A stretch of 64,000 nucleotides of DNA, taken from contig OX597821.1 of the NCBI GenBank assembly GCA_951406725.2, positions 78,554,001-78,618,000 on the forward strand, given 5' to 3'. The notes beneath the pieces are model-generated. The model was not told the origin of the DNA. It did not search any database and saw nothing but the letters and a program-made list of their open reading frames with translations. This DNA comes from Octopus vulgaris (taxonomy: Eukaryota). Of the stretch, positions 37,421 through 50,527 are shown piece after piece. Each line of letters begins with the position of its first letter. The stretch's first letter is position 1. The translations under genes were made by a program, and so were the position numbers.

Positions 37421-38047
37421 TCAAAGTCCACCGCGTACGCGCGATTGTTTCGGCAGTAAATACAAGTGCCGATTTTCTTTCAAAACTAGCCCAAAAATTT
37501 TTTATCAATAATTAATAAATCTTAGGGTAGCAAAAATAATTTTAGAAAAACTCTTTGCTACGTGTGATCTAGCGAGAAGGAAAAATTAGTCAATAGACTA
37601 TATATTATTCATATAGAAATACAGTGTACATTTAAACACATAAGAGGTGACCATTATAGGACATCTGACTCACTAGAAAGAGCAGTTAAACTACAAACTA
37701 CTAATAGTTGTAATTCTGAAAGGGAATGAAAAAAACCCATTTACCTTATTTTATTAATTAATGATAGAAGTTTTTTGGGCTAGTTTTCAAAGGAAATCGG
37801 CATTTGTATCTACTGCCGAAAAAACCACGCGTGCGTGGTGGATTTTGAAGAATTATAACATATAACCTGGAGGCATGTTCTTTATCGCCTAGTGTTAGCC
37901 TTGGCTTCCTGCTGAAGATGGCAACGCCAGTTGTAAATTAAAGTCATTTAATATTATTTTCAAAAGATTGCCGAAAATATGCATAGTCCAGGAAAAATAG
38001 GGTAAATGTTTTTATTTTTCATTCCCTTTCAGAATTACAGCTATTAG
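37421..38047. mobile_element. Non-coding Penelope-pLTR-like element with two inverted-repeat pairs and a hammerhead
   Basis: IR pairs about 37421-37520/37750-37850 and 37700-37750/37995-38047; homologous to 56236-56630. Confidence 0.7.
37906..37994 (+). ncRNA. Type I hammerhead ribozyme motif (one mismatch in stem III)
   Basis: TTCCTG-CTGAAGA-tGGCAA..TTGCC-GAAA-aTATGCATA-GTC-CAGGAA. Confidence 0.7.
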
Positions 38048-38074
38048 TGTAAACTCTCCCTATATATATATATA

Positions 38075-38437
38075 CTAGCAGTATCGCCCGGCGTTGCTCA
38101 GGTTTGTAAGGGAAATAACTATAAAGCATTTTTAGAGAGTTATAGCCAAAAAATAGCAAAAAAATGATGGTAAATTTTTTTTTGAGTTAAAAAAGGTTGA
38201 GTTGCGTCCCCTAGACAGTCTGTGGTTTGTTTCTGATTCTCGACCCCATGTCGATTTTATCGACTTTTTCAGAACTGGGGGAACTTTTCAAAATTTTCGC
38301 TGCGTTAGTTTTGAATTATGACATTGGGCTATGTGTGTGTCAAGTTTCATCAGAATCGGTTGAAAGCCGTGGTCAGGGTGAGGGTACAAGCAAACATACA
38401 CACAGAAACACGCACAGACAAACTGCCGTTTATATAT

Positions 38438-38440
<3 letters not shown>
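38075..38440 (-). mobile_element. Non-autonomous Helitron
   Basis: Minus strand A|TC...CTAG|T, GC-rich hairpin (cctgagcaacgccggg) about 11 nt from the 3' end, no TSD, inserted in (TA)n. Confidence 0.7.
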
Positions 38441-38486
<46 letters not shown>

Positions 38487-39009
38487 TATTTGAGGTGTGT
38501 TCTGTTAAGAACGTATAAAAGTACAAATAGAGCTCGTTCACACTCAGAAATATCAAGTAGTCGGTAGTCTTCTTATGGTATGCTACCAATTCTAGTCTTA
38601 GGTATTCCTCATGTCTGAAAATAAAAAGTGAAAAGTATATTCGGTAATGGTACAGTTTGGCATGTACTGAATAACATGTTGGAATTGAATAAATAAACAG
38701 ACAACATGCACATTGCAGCTCATGTCGAACGTGATGACACACTCATACCGAGCGAATTGAAGCTAAGAGCGTTTATTAGTTTCAAAGAAGAAGCCATGGG
38801 TGTTGTAGCATCGAAATCTAGACAGCCACTGAATATCGCCTCAAGAGACACATACAGATATTCTTATATAGGTAAATCGTTACATAATTTAATTTAAATT
38901 TAACTTTAAATCCTGTATATACGAGGATCGCTATGTATCGAAACAATTGTAGTGATTAAAAACCTGCCTAACCGTTCTTAATCTCTTCCTTTTGATTCTT
39001 TTATTTTTT

Positions 39010-39103
<94 letters not shown>

Positions 39104-39138
39104 TGTATGTATGTATCTATCTATCTATCTATCTCACA

Positions 39139-39178
<40 letters not shown>

Positions 39179-39204
39179 TATATATTACGAATACATCATA
39201 TATT

Positions 39205-39400
39205 CTTCTCTACTCTAGGCACAAGGCCCGAAATTTTGGGGCCGGGGTTAGTTGATGAGACTGAATCTAGTACGCAACCCTGTACTTAACTTATCAACAC
39301 CGAAAGGATAAAAGGCAAAGTTGACCTCAGCGGGATTTGAACTCATAACATAAAGACAGACGAAATACAGCTAAGCATTTAGCCTGGCGTGCAAACGTTA
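39205..39400 (-). mobile_element. Meta-core SINE, degenerate
   Basis: ctactctaggcacaaggcccgaaatttt..aaaggcaaagttgacctc. Confidence 0.75.
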
Positions 39401-39401
39401 T

Positions 39402-39455
<54 letters not shown>

Positions 39456-39469
39456 CATACATACATACA

Positions 39470-39504
<35 letters not shown>

Positions 39505-39517
39505 GTGTGTGTGTATG

Positions 39518-39583
<66 letters not shown>

Positions 39584-39601
39584 TATATATGTGTGTGTAT
39601 G

Positions 39602-39632
<31 letters not shown>

Positions 39633-39756
39633 TACAAAATATACAAATATAGGCAAATCTGTTGTTGAAAATGCACCTAAAGTTGCCTAATATATATTGG
39701 TAAAAACGGTAAGATAACAAAAGAAACAGACCTCAATATTATGTAAATAGCGGAAT

Positions 39757-39826
39757 TTATCTGTAAATATAGTATGTGACAATTACGCGGTACCGAATAA
39801 CTGTCACATATTATATTTACAGATAA
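39757..39826. repeat. Hairpin with 29-bp arms next to (TA)n
   Basis: ttatctgtaaatatagtatgtgacaatta / taactgtcacatattatatttacagataa. Confidence 0.85.
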
Positions 39827-39889
<63 letters not shown>

Positions 39890-40380
39890 CCATTGCTATT
39901 TTTCGCGATGGAAATTGTTTGTCAAATAAACACACGCACTTTATACTCGTCCTCTTCTTCAGCTTTATTATAATTCTTATTCTAGTGTCCTTTGTCACGA
40001 AATATTTCGTCATCCACCATGTGGCCTCTTCACCCACTCTCCAGCCATCGTATCAACTCCTGTCCTGTTTAGTCCATTCTCAAGTTGAATAAACATGAAA
40101 GAGTCAACCGCAACTAAATAATATAAACAATAATAATAACATTAAGACATGTCTTTTGAATATCGGAATCTATCATTTCTGAAAGAAATACAAATGATAA
40201 TAATTTATATGATGAGACTGATTAAAAAGTTATATTGCATTTAATAATGTTAACATGAATTAAGTATATTTCATAGTACTCTGTGTTGCATATTTCCTTT
40301 AAAATATTTATAAACTTCCGTAAAATATTGTCTGTACATTTACATCTAAACCACTGTTTGCCATTTATTGTTCATTACAG

Positions 40381-40466
40381 CCTGGCAGAAAGTATTTAAG
40401 TTGAACAAAAACTCATTTTATAGAAGTCCTATATATTTATACTGGGACAGTTTGCCTATTGACAAG
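40381..40466 (+). CDS. Host gene coding exon 2 (AWQKVFKLNKNSFYRSPIYLYWDSLPIDK)
   Basis: ttcattacag| acceptor, AAG|GTAATG donor; phase 1 in, phase 0 out; open frame. Confidence 0.8.
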
Positions 40467-40933
40467 GTAATGTAGTTTTGAAATTTCAAAATGATTTTCA
40501 TTTAAATAACACTTTTTCAGTTCCCTATCTCATCGGGTATTTAATTCTTACCTATTCCTGTCGATATTGCAATGGTGCATGTAACTTGTGCTGTTGGTAT
40601 TGCTCAGTTCTTCTTTCTGTGTAACCTTTAGATTTAAACAGGGTCCTGTTTTGAATCCTTATCTTATTTTCGTACATTATATATCTATAACTAGATGATG
40701 AGATGACAGGGCATAGTCTGAGAGCGGCTTGGTTTCTTTTTCTTGCTATCTAGGTGAGCACATAGAAGCACATTCTAGAGTAAGAGATCGATGGTAAAAC
40801 TATGTGTTGCAGAAAATCATATCAACTAGGTGTATAACTTTTTTGATATATAAAAAATCAGTTAGTCCTCACATACACACACGCACTCATACTTAAACGC
40901 AGAAGAATCCACACACATACACACACACGCACA

Positions 40934-40975
<42 letters not shown>

Positions 40976-41974
40976 AATACACCAACATATGTTCAAATAT
41001 ATTGCCTTTGGTTATTTCTTGAACTTAAACAGCTTAAACAAAACAAAATTTAACCATATATACAAATAGAAAAAGTCAACTAGGCACGAGCCTACACGAT
41101 CGTTCTATCTGTTGGAAATAGCAATGAAATCTCTCCCACATCACACTCTACTGCTTTCATGAAGGGACTATCGCGTAATACTTTCTTAAATAGTGCCAAA
41201 AATATATATAAAAAAAAGGAGCACAATGGTCTTAGCCGGAATATTCTTTGATGATAGATCAACAGCATCAAAGGAAATTTCAGGTTTCAAAAATCTATCG
41301 ATGAGAATGTTGAAGCTTGAATCTTTTGAAAGAGTGAAATCGTCCTCATTATGTTTATTATTGCTGCTATTTTCTCCTTGAGGTTTATGTTTGAGACGTA
41401 CCTTCGTCATTGCATGGAAAGATCTATTATTCTAGATTCTAGAATTATACTCAGTTTTAGAATATCAGATTATTATTTTCAGTTTTAGAATTTCCTTCTT
41501 TTAAATCTTCCTCATGTAGTATAGAAACATATTCCTCCCGTGTCTCTATATGCTCTTCTTTATCCTATTTGTGTAACATCAGGAGTAATGTGAGGCCATC
41601 ATTTAGATGTTCATTATTTTCACGGTTGCCTCGCTTCTTACATTACTTTTGTTACTGGTTACTTATACACGCATGATTTTTCTCACTTTTCTGAGCACGA
41701 AATACAAACTCTGCACCCACCGAATTTTTTGGGGTTGAATGAATGCTGTTTGGTTAAATGGTTTAGTATTTTTGTAATTGGTGCAGTGGGGGGTCCAGTT
41801 TTGATATAGACCCTGATTCGCTGGGGACGTTTACACGTTGATTCCTGTAAACATTTATGATACTCCATTTCTATGTGGTGAATTTGAATAATTGTTTAAA
41901 ATCACTGCCTACGTAATTGTTTTACAGCATACTTTTTTTACCTTGTTTTTTTTTATCTTGTGTGAGATAAATTT

Positions 41975-42420
41975 CATAGCGCTGATTTAGCACACCAGGC
42001 GAACAGCTTAGCAGAATTTTGACTATCTACACGTTCTGAGTTCAAATTCCGCAGGGGTCGACTTTGCCTTTCATCCTTTCAGGGTCGATTAAATAAGTAC
42101 CACTTACGCAGTGGGGTCGATGTAATCGACTGAAACTCTTTCCCCAAATGTGAAGCATTGTACTTTCAGTAGAAAGGATTATTATTATTGCTGTTGTTCG
42201 TATTCTTTTTGTCGTTAAGGCGGCGAGCCCGCAGAATATTTAGCACGCTGGACGAAATGCTTAGGGGGCGAAATGCTACGTTTTGAGTTCAAATTCCCCC
42301 GAGTTCGACTGTCATCGTATCGGGTTCGATAAAATAAGTACCAGTTGAACATTAAGATCGATGTAATCGACTCATCCCCACTTCCGCTAAGCTGCATTTG
42401 TGGCCCAAAAATTGAAAAGA
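41975..42420 (+). mobile_element. Two Meta-core SINE copies
   Basis: gttctgagttcaaattcc..gtcgactttgcctttcatcctttc. Confidence 0.75.
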
Positions 42421-42429
42421 AAAATTATT

Positions 42430-44520
42430 ATTGTTATATCTATTAAATGCTACATCATTTAGTAGTGTCGTTGTCTTGAAGTTAGATGATAACAGGTCCC
42501 CTCAAATCTCAAGAATCTTGCTTAGGATTTTTACATAAGGGATTGCTGGTTGAAAATTCTAGTCTTAATCGCAATATCCTTCAGTGTTGAGCATTTTGGA
42601 TGTTATGAGAGAGCAACAACTACCACGGAATAATTGTTGTCTTAATCTTCCCTTTTCCTATCTCTAATCATAACTAGTGTCTTTGGTTCAGTAATTTGGT
42701 CATTGTTTATGCGTAGTTCCCATAACATATTGTAAATTCCATTGACAATCTAACCTCTAGCTCATACGCATACCACCTTCCTGTTATTTCGTAGACATAT
42801 ACTCGTCTAAAATCTCATTGTACAAATTTAAGTACACAGTAATGTCATCGCTTATTTTGTTTTTGTGTTAAATTACTGCATTCATTCGAAAGATGGTAAA
42901 TAATTTCGTCCCATTTTCCACAGATTATATATTTCTCTGACTGATCTTGCCTTAATATCTTGTTCCAAATCGGCTACCACTAGCGATTCGGTTCCTGGAT
43001 TCAGGTTTCCATCTGTCAGCCATAACCAGCGTTCTTTGCTCCTTAGTTGATTTCTTGCACCAATTGGCCATGTCATTCGTTATCTTTCCAGCTATTTGTC
43101 CTGCTGTTCATCCTTCTATACATGATTTCTCCTACTGTTTCACTAACATCTTGGATAACTCATGCAGCCGATAGTGTTCTTTCTTTATGACATACCACGT
43201 AGGTTTTCAGCCTCAGTATTGCAGTTCGCATGATATTTTCTGCTTTTAAAAATCCTGTCTCCTTCCGTTCTTGGTTGATGATTTATCTTCACTCATGGTT
43301 TAGACAAACTCATAGATGGGCCTGGGATTTTTCGACTATGCTTGTCAGAAGAATTAACACAACGACGGAAATAAATAACCGAGAGCGCAATTCCCTCTGC
43401 GTATTTTCCCGTCTCCTATCAATTCATTGAAGCGTGCTATTTTTCCTTCCCAAACTATCGTTGTTGTTAAAAGAAAAGTATACTTTGTCATTGACCTCGA
43501 ATGTTCTAAAAGAGTGGAATATAAGCCTTCTTGTAATTTACCCGTTCAAAAGCGAAATTCTCCTTAATACCTCGTTTAACATCTTTTATGAATATATAAC
43601 AGACCAGCAGTTCCTTGCCTTCTGCTTCGCTTTTACGCCTCTGTTAATAGATTCTCCGTCTTCAGAAAGATATATACTTCATCTAATATGAAGCCAATTA
43701 GCAATTCTCCGAGTAATGGTAAGCATACATACGTCTATAATTACAGTCTTCCCTTACATTTTCTTTGTCTTTCTTTCCTTGTACTGCCTTTCCTTTTGTC
43801 ATACATGTTAGTGTTCTATTTTCAATACCGTCAGTGAGAAATGATTATATAAAATTGTGCATCTTTGAAAACTGTTTGGGCCAGAATCTCTGAATGCCAG
43901 GTGGTCCAGGGTAGTAGCAATTTGACATTTTGTTAAGCAAGTCTTTTACTTTCTAATCTAAAATATTTATATTTTCTTGTTTTATTCCATTTTGGAATTG
44001 CCACAACTGGTCCGCTTCCTCGTTATGCTGAACTACTTTGCTTCAAGTGTCTGACCAAAAGTTCATTGCTGGTTCAGCAACTGGCATATCGTTCTCCTGA
44101 CGTTCATACTAAATGTTCAGTTGTTGGTAATAAAATTGTCCTTCATTATTTCTGAAGAGTCTGGTTTGCTGATGTTGATCTATTACTTGTTAGGAATTAC
44201 AACCGTGTCTCGTGGTCTGCTACCACAACAGCTCCTTTATAGGTTCCATTTAGCTCAAGACATCATCAGGAGGAACCACGTCCGGTTTCGACCCCTATTC
44301 CTCTAGTGTTTTGACGTGGCTCCACCCCACTTTCGGAGGTGTCTTCAGCTGTGGTGTTGGGTGCATGTCTTCTTTCTTCTTCTGTCTTCTGTTCCCTGGC
44401 CTCTTGTTAATGTTCTTGTTGCTGCTGCAACTGCTATTGTTGTTATTAGGCTGGCAGATTCACCAGAGTGTTAGATACTATCAATGTATTGAGGTATTTA
44501 GTTGCAACGCTTTTTAAGTT
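42430..44520 (-). mobile_element. Highly decayed LINE remnant, possibly R4/Dong-related
   Basis: Coding-like composition on the minus strand with many stops; no clean motif recovered. Confidence 0.3.
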
Positions 44521-45040
44521 AAAATATCGTCGTGGTCGAATATGCGTTTCATCATTTCAGAGACAATATATCAATGTGGCAAATGTTAAGGAATAGAGAT
44601 TGGGGAGTCCTTAATCAGCAACACAGCTAATGGGGTTTGGAGACACGATTCGGTGTGTTGAGCAGGAATATCTTTAGGTTATGAAATAAACTGATGTTAA
44701 AAGATCCGAATGACAAAGGATTCAGTCTGTCTACCGGTCTTGGAGTAGAAAGAATGACAGGTGTAAGTAATTGTAAGCATTGGAACAAACGAGAAAGGCG
44801 ATTTAAGGAGGAGTTGGAAGAGCGATGAAAGATCAATTAAACTTGGATACACATGGAATACATATTTTAAAGATTAATAACAAGATTTTTTTAACTGCTA
44901 TATTAAGTTCGAAATAAGCTTGGTGAGTTTTTATAAGTTTAGGCTTACAAAATTTAGTAGATATGTGTTACAAAAAGATGGATAGAGATAATGTGATAAT
45001 TGTGATTCAGAGAGGTCGGACTTACTTTTGTATTTTATTT

Positions 45041-45144
<104 letters not shown>

Positions 45145-45470
45145 CCTCTCATAATCCTCAACTTCATCTTACACTTTTTCTTTTTCTCCTCTTTCTTTCT
45201 CTCTCTCTTTCTCCATCTCCTTACATTTTGCCCTCTTATTTTTTCACCCCGTCTCTCTCTCTTCCTTTTCCGAACTTCTCTATTATTTCTCTCTTTTGTT
45301 CTAAGACTCACCTGAACTTAAATTTCTCACTCTTCTCCACTTTTCTCTCTATCTTTTTCTCGCACTTTCTGCATTTCCCTGTATTTCATCCTTATCTTCT
45401 TTTTCTTTGGGATGCTCACCTCCCTATCAATCTCTTAGATTAACGATCCTAGTTAACTTTCCATTTGCAG

Positions 45471-45619
45471 GTGGAATTACGATTCAAACACGAACAGGAA
45501 AGTCAGAAACTCATTTTCAAAGGAACTGGGACAAATATTACATCGTGGTGCCACGAAGATAAACTCCTCTTTTTTCCTTTTCCAGCCGATCCTCGATTCA
45601 GCTGTACAATCGATATTAA
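45471..45619 (+). CDS. Host gene coding exon 3 (VELRFKHEQESQKLIFKGTGTNITSWCHEDKLL..CTIDI)
   Basis: ccatttgcag| acceptor, phase 0 in; donor AA|GTATAT (phase 2, weaker) matches exon 4. Confidence 0.78.
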
Positions 45620-45792
45620 GTATATATTATTCCCTTATTCTTTGTTAACATCTTTAATGGTTTAATTATAATAGTAATAATGATTCCTAACAAAGTCATA
45701 GATTTACATATTTTGAAGGAAGGTTGAATCGATTTCATAGGGTACATTAATTAACAGGTATTAATTTACCGACTCTGGAATAATGAGATGTA

Positions 45793-47076
45793 CGAGGGAC
45801 GTTCAATAAGTAATGCCCCTGACCCATTTGCAGTTGTTGGATCTAGCTGCATGTGCAATTATTTATATCTCTATAGAGTAAGTGACAAATTACAGCTCTG
45901 AACTAATTCTGGTTTATGATTTACAGGTGTTTGAACTGAGTCAAGTGTGAAATGGAGCCTGTTGAGTGTCGAGCAGTGATCCGGTTTTTGTATTTGAAAG
46001 GACGCACACCACGGGAGACTTTTGATGAAATGAAAGTAACTTATGGTGATGATGCCCCATCATATGACCTTGTAAAACGCTGGCATCGTGAATTCAAACA
46101 TGGTCGGAACTCTGTGGAAACAGCTCCCAGATCCGGTCGCCCCCTTTTGCCATTGATGAGGCATCTGTCCGTCAAGTTGAGGCTGCCATTTTGGAAGATC
46201 GACGCATAATTATTTGCCAAATAGCCCATGAGGTCAAGATTAGTACCGGGTCTGTGGAAACTATCATTCATGACCATTTGCATATGCAAAAGGTGTCTGC
46301 CAGATGGATTCCCAGGTTGCTCACGCCTTTCCAGAAGCAAGAACGCGTCGAGTGCTCGAGGGTGAATTTGGAGATGTGCCAAGAAGATGAGTCAAACTTT
46401 TTCAAAAGACTGATTACACAGGATGAAACCTGGGTCCATCACGATGATCCAGAGACCAAAGCCCAGTCAATGCAGTGGAAGCACCGTGACTCACGCCCTC
46501 CAAAGAAGGCAAGGGTGCAGCCCTCCGCTGGCAAGGACATGCTCACAGTCTTCTGGGACCAGGACGGAGTAGTGATGACAGATTTCCTGGCAAAGGGTAC
46601 CACAATTACAGGAGCCTATTATGCTTCACTTTTGAGGAAATTAAGAGAAGTTATCAAAATCTAGAGGCGGGGCAAGATCAGCAAAGGCATCCTCCTCCTG
46701 CAGGACAACGCTCCAGTCCACAACTCGCTTGTCGCCAGATCAGAAGCACAGGCGTATGGCTATGAACTCCTCCCCCATCCCCCTTACTTTCCTGACCTTG
46801 CACCCTCAGATTTTCACCTCTTCCCAGTCATGAAGTTGTTTTTGATAGGAAAGCGTTTCCCAGATGATGCAGCCTTGGTTACTGAAGTCACGTTCAGATT
46901 GGAGGACCAAGCTGGGGTCTTCTACAAAAACGGTCTCCAGAGCTGCATCAAACGATGGTAAAAATGCGTAACTCTGGGTGGTTCCTATGTAGAAAAAGAC
47001 TAATAACTGTGCCAAGTTTCGTTGCTCTACTGCTATAGGAAGTGGGTCAGGGGCATTACTTATTGAACGCCCCTCG
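45793..47076 (+). mobile_element. Full-length mariner DNA transposon (irritans-like) with TA target duplication
   Basis: TIRs cgagggacgttcaataagtaatgcccctgaccca and tgggtcaggggcattacttattgaacgcccctcg, each flanked by TA; 1284 bp. Confidence 0.95.
45952..47003 (+). pseudogene. Mariner transposase with a frameshift and stops
   Basis: RSGRP, WIPRLL, TQDETW, QDNAPVH, HPPYFPDLAPSDFHLF; frameshift near 46145, TAG at 46662. Confidence 0.92.
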
Positions 47077-47139
47077 TAGGTAAAGCCTTGGTGGGATTTG
47101 TATTCAAAACGTTATTTGATACCTTGCTTATCCTCTAGA

Positions 47140-47436
47140 GTAGAGGTAGTAGTAGTAGTAGTGGTAGTGGTGATAGTGGTGGTGGTGGTAGTGGTGGTGG
47201 TGGTGGTGATAGTGGTGGTAGTAGTGATAGTGGTGGTGGCTGAGGTGGTGGTAGTAGTAGTACTAATAGTAGTAGTAGTAGTAGTATTACTACTAGAAGT
47301 TGTAGTAGTAGTAGTGGTTATGGTGGTAGTGGTAATAGTGGTGGTGGTGATAGTGGTGGTAGTGGTGGTGGTGGTGGTAATGGTGATGGTGGTGATGGTG
47401 GTGGTGGTGGTGGTGGTGGTAGTAGTAGTAGTAGTA
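47140..47436. repeat. Compound (GTG/GTA)n microsatellite
   Basis: Visible directly in the sequence. Confidence 0.95.
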
Positions 47437-47689
47437 ACGACTGAAAAACTTATACTGATGTTGTAATAGAACTATGATGTTTGTTGAACTTGAAGAGAGT
47501 GAAGAAAGAGCAGTAAAGGTTTGTGACAGAATGCAATTGTTAGGAGAAATGCAGTGAGTTCGAAGGAGAAACCAAGATTGTGGAAACACATGACTCATCG
47601 CAGAATGGAAATTATTAAAAAGAAACTAAAAGTCTGATGATCCTTTCTCAAGCTAAGGCTTTAAGCATTAATTCAGTGAGTGGGGTTAC

Positions 47690-48820
47690 TTACCCTATCG
47701 CTTGAGCGAGTAAGGGCCACTTATATAATCAGTATGAGAGAAATATTAATAATATTTTAGAAGGCTGTAAAATGTTAACACAAGAAGAATACAAGTGGCG
47801 TCATAAGTTTTATCAATGATTGCTTAGCAAAATTAACAAATGGCGTAAATACCTCAAACAAAAAGCACAATCATGTGCTACAAAAGGCCCTACATGGACA
47901 TGTTACATCGAAAATTCTATAGACGTTTTGACATCTAAATAAAGGGAAATGAGCATCATAGACCAGATATCCTCCTCAGCATCAGCATAAGTATTAATCC
48001 GCTCGAACACAGCAGGTTGATGCCACTGGCTTTCGTTGGTTGCAGTTTTCTCTGAATTCGGCCATTTGATATTAACCTCTCTCATTTCAGTTATGAATGT
48101 TCTGCGTCTTGGAGATTTCAGGTTTTCTCTCTTTTTCTTCTAAAATAAGTGAAATCTTGAAAGAAAGATTAACAATAGCGTGGACAGATTATAAGAAATC
48201 TTAAGGCAGGAGTTCACACCCGTGAATAGGTAAATGTGTGAGTATATTCAGTATTGCAGACAGCATAAGAGCGTTAATTAGCTATGGCATGAGAAAATGG
48301 AAAGTAAATCTCTACTCAGGTTATATAGCGAAAGAGGTAATTCGGACACTACAAAAACTAAGCAAACAGAAGTTGCCAGGGTACAATAAAATACCCAGCT
48401 TGTAGTTTAAATATTTAACAAGTATACATAAGAGATGTTCAATAATGTCTTAACAAATTCAGAGACAATACTTAAATGGCTCAAAGAAGGGACAATTATA
48501 CACATTCCCAAATGAACTGAAGCAACAAATCTACAAAACTACTGGAACATAATATTCTCGGTACAACTTATAAGCCTTAACTGCAATAATATTACATATC
48601 TCTAGAATGGATACCTAAAAGATAACGACTTAATTCCTGAACAGCAAAAGAGATGCTTCCAATGCTCATAGTGCTGTAAATATTAATAAAGTTAATTGGA
48701 CAATAAAGCTATTACTGAAGATAGCCACAAAAGAAGTGTTTCAGCATGACTTTGATTATCGAAAAGTTTTGACAGTATTTCCCACACATGGAACCTGGAA
48801 ACATTAGCTGTGAACAAGCC
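47690..48820 (+). mobile_element. Decayed R4-like LINE remnants
   Basis: Remnant ENINNILEGCKMLTQEEYKWRH, and WLKEG..IPK..LIPEQQK..LDYRK..SHTW read across frames. Confidence 0.5.
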
Positions 48821-49029
48821 ATGATAATATATATATATACATATATATATATAATAATAAATATTAGGGAATGAATCCAAAATTACAGGGAAAAAATCAG
48901 ATTTAGGGTTAAATCCAATTTTATAGTAAAATATTATATAATATAATTCGAGACAAAACCACTATTTTAAAACCAAACAAGAAAAGACTTAATCAATACA
49001 TAACATTTTAATATAAATTAAATAAACCG

Positions 49030-49073
49030 CCACAACAATTGTTTCATGTCTGCTACCGACAATCTTCAGGTGG
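49030..49073 (-). ncRNA. Minimal type I hammerhead ribozyme motif
   Basis: CCAC-CTGAAGA-tTGTC ggtagca GACAt-GAAA-CAATTG-TT-GTGG; palindromic stem III, GUU site. Confidence 0.7.
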
Positions 49074-50527
49074 ATTTTCGATCTAAAAATATCAATATTT
49101 TAAAATATAATTTAATATAATTTAAAATAATAAAATAATAAAATTATCAATGAAAATAAAAATATATAATCTATATATAATCTATATATAATCAATATAT
49201 AATCTAAAATTATTTTTATATATATATATTAATATCTATATGAGTTTTCGTTTTTTATGGTTTTTTTAAAGCATTTGTAGAAAGGTTTGTATATTCCATT
49301 CATAATTTTTTAATTTACGTTTGTTTACTACGCTCAAAGAATTTTATATTCCATTCATAATTTTAATGACGCTGTTTTTACGTAGCGCAAATTATTTTTA
49401 TATGTTCGGTTCCATGGTAACGTAATTTTTGTTTATTGTAATAACGGATAGTGTTAAAATTCACTTCAAAATTTGATACTGATTAGAAGGTATGTTTATT
49501 TTTCTCCTTGTGTTAATCTTGTTACTTATGATAATCTGATTACTTATGGAGTATTTTATATATCGTATTATGTGTAGAAATGTTGTTTTTCTTTTGTATG
49601 TTTATGTATGTGTGAATGTGTGTGTGTGTGCGTATTTGCTTGTATCGAGTTTTGTACGTATGTATTTGTATGTGTGAGTGTGTATATGGTTATGTTTGTG
49701 GGTGTGTGTATATATGTGTGTGTATTTGTGTGTATTGTGTAAGGGGTTGTATCTTTATATTTATACTTGTATGTATGGATTTTATTTATCATTATTATTC
49801 TAATAAGAATTTTTGTATGTAGGTATGGGTGTGTATGTATGTGTGCGAGTGTACAAGTGTAAGTGTAGATTTGGGAGTGTATGAGTGCTTTGTAATTGGG
49901 TGTGATTATTTATGCACTTGTATACATGTAAGTTTTGAATGTGCGTGTGATTGCACCCGTCTGCGTGTACACACTATTTTATATTTTATATATATATTAA
50001 TATATATATGAGTTTTCGTTTATCATGGTCGTTTTATTAAAGTTTGTTTCTATCGAGATTTGTACGTATGTATATGTATGTGTGAGTGTATATATGGTTA
50101 TGTTTGTGGGTGTGTGTATATATGGGTGTGTATTTGTGTGTATTGTGTTAGGGGTTGTATAGTTATATTTATACTTGTATGTATGGATTTCATTTCCATT
50201 CATAATTTTTTAAAAAACGTTTGATATCCACGAGCAAAGAATTGTTCGGTTTTCTTTTGAGTGTTTATGTATGTGTGAATGTGTGTGTGTGTGTGTGTGT
50301 GTGTGATTGTTTGCGTAATTTATTTATCTGTATGGGTGTGGGTGTTTATATATTGGTATATATCGTGTTCTGTATGTATGTGTATGTATATGTATGTGTG
50401 AGCGGGTATATGTATATTGTTTATGAATGAGTGTTGTATGTGTGTGTGAGGAAGTATGAATAAGTAATGTGTTGAGTGTATGAGCATGTGTGTGTATATA
50501 TAGTTTATTTTTTGTTTTTTGTTTTTT

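Noticed and set aside
47098-47598. Poly-Val and poly-His ORFs
   Set aside because: Translations of the (GTG/GTA)n microsatellite.
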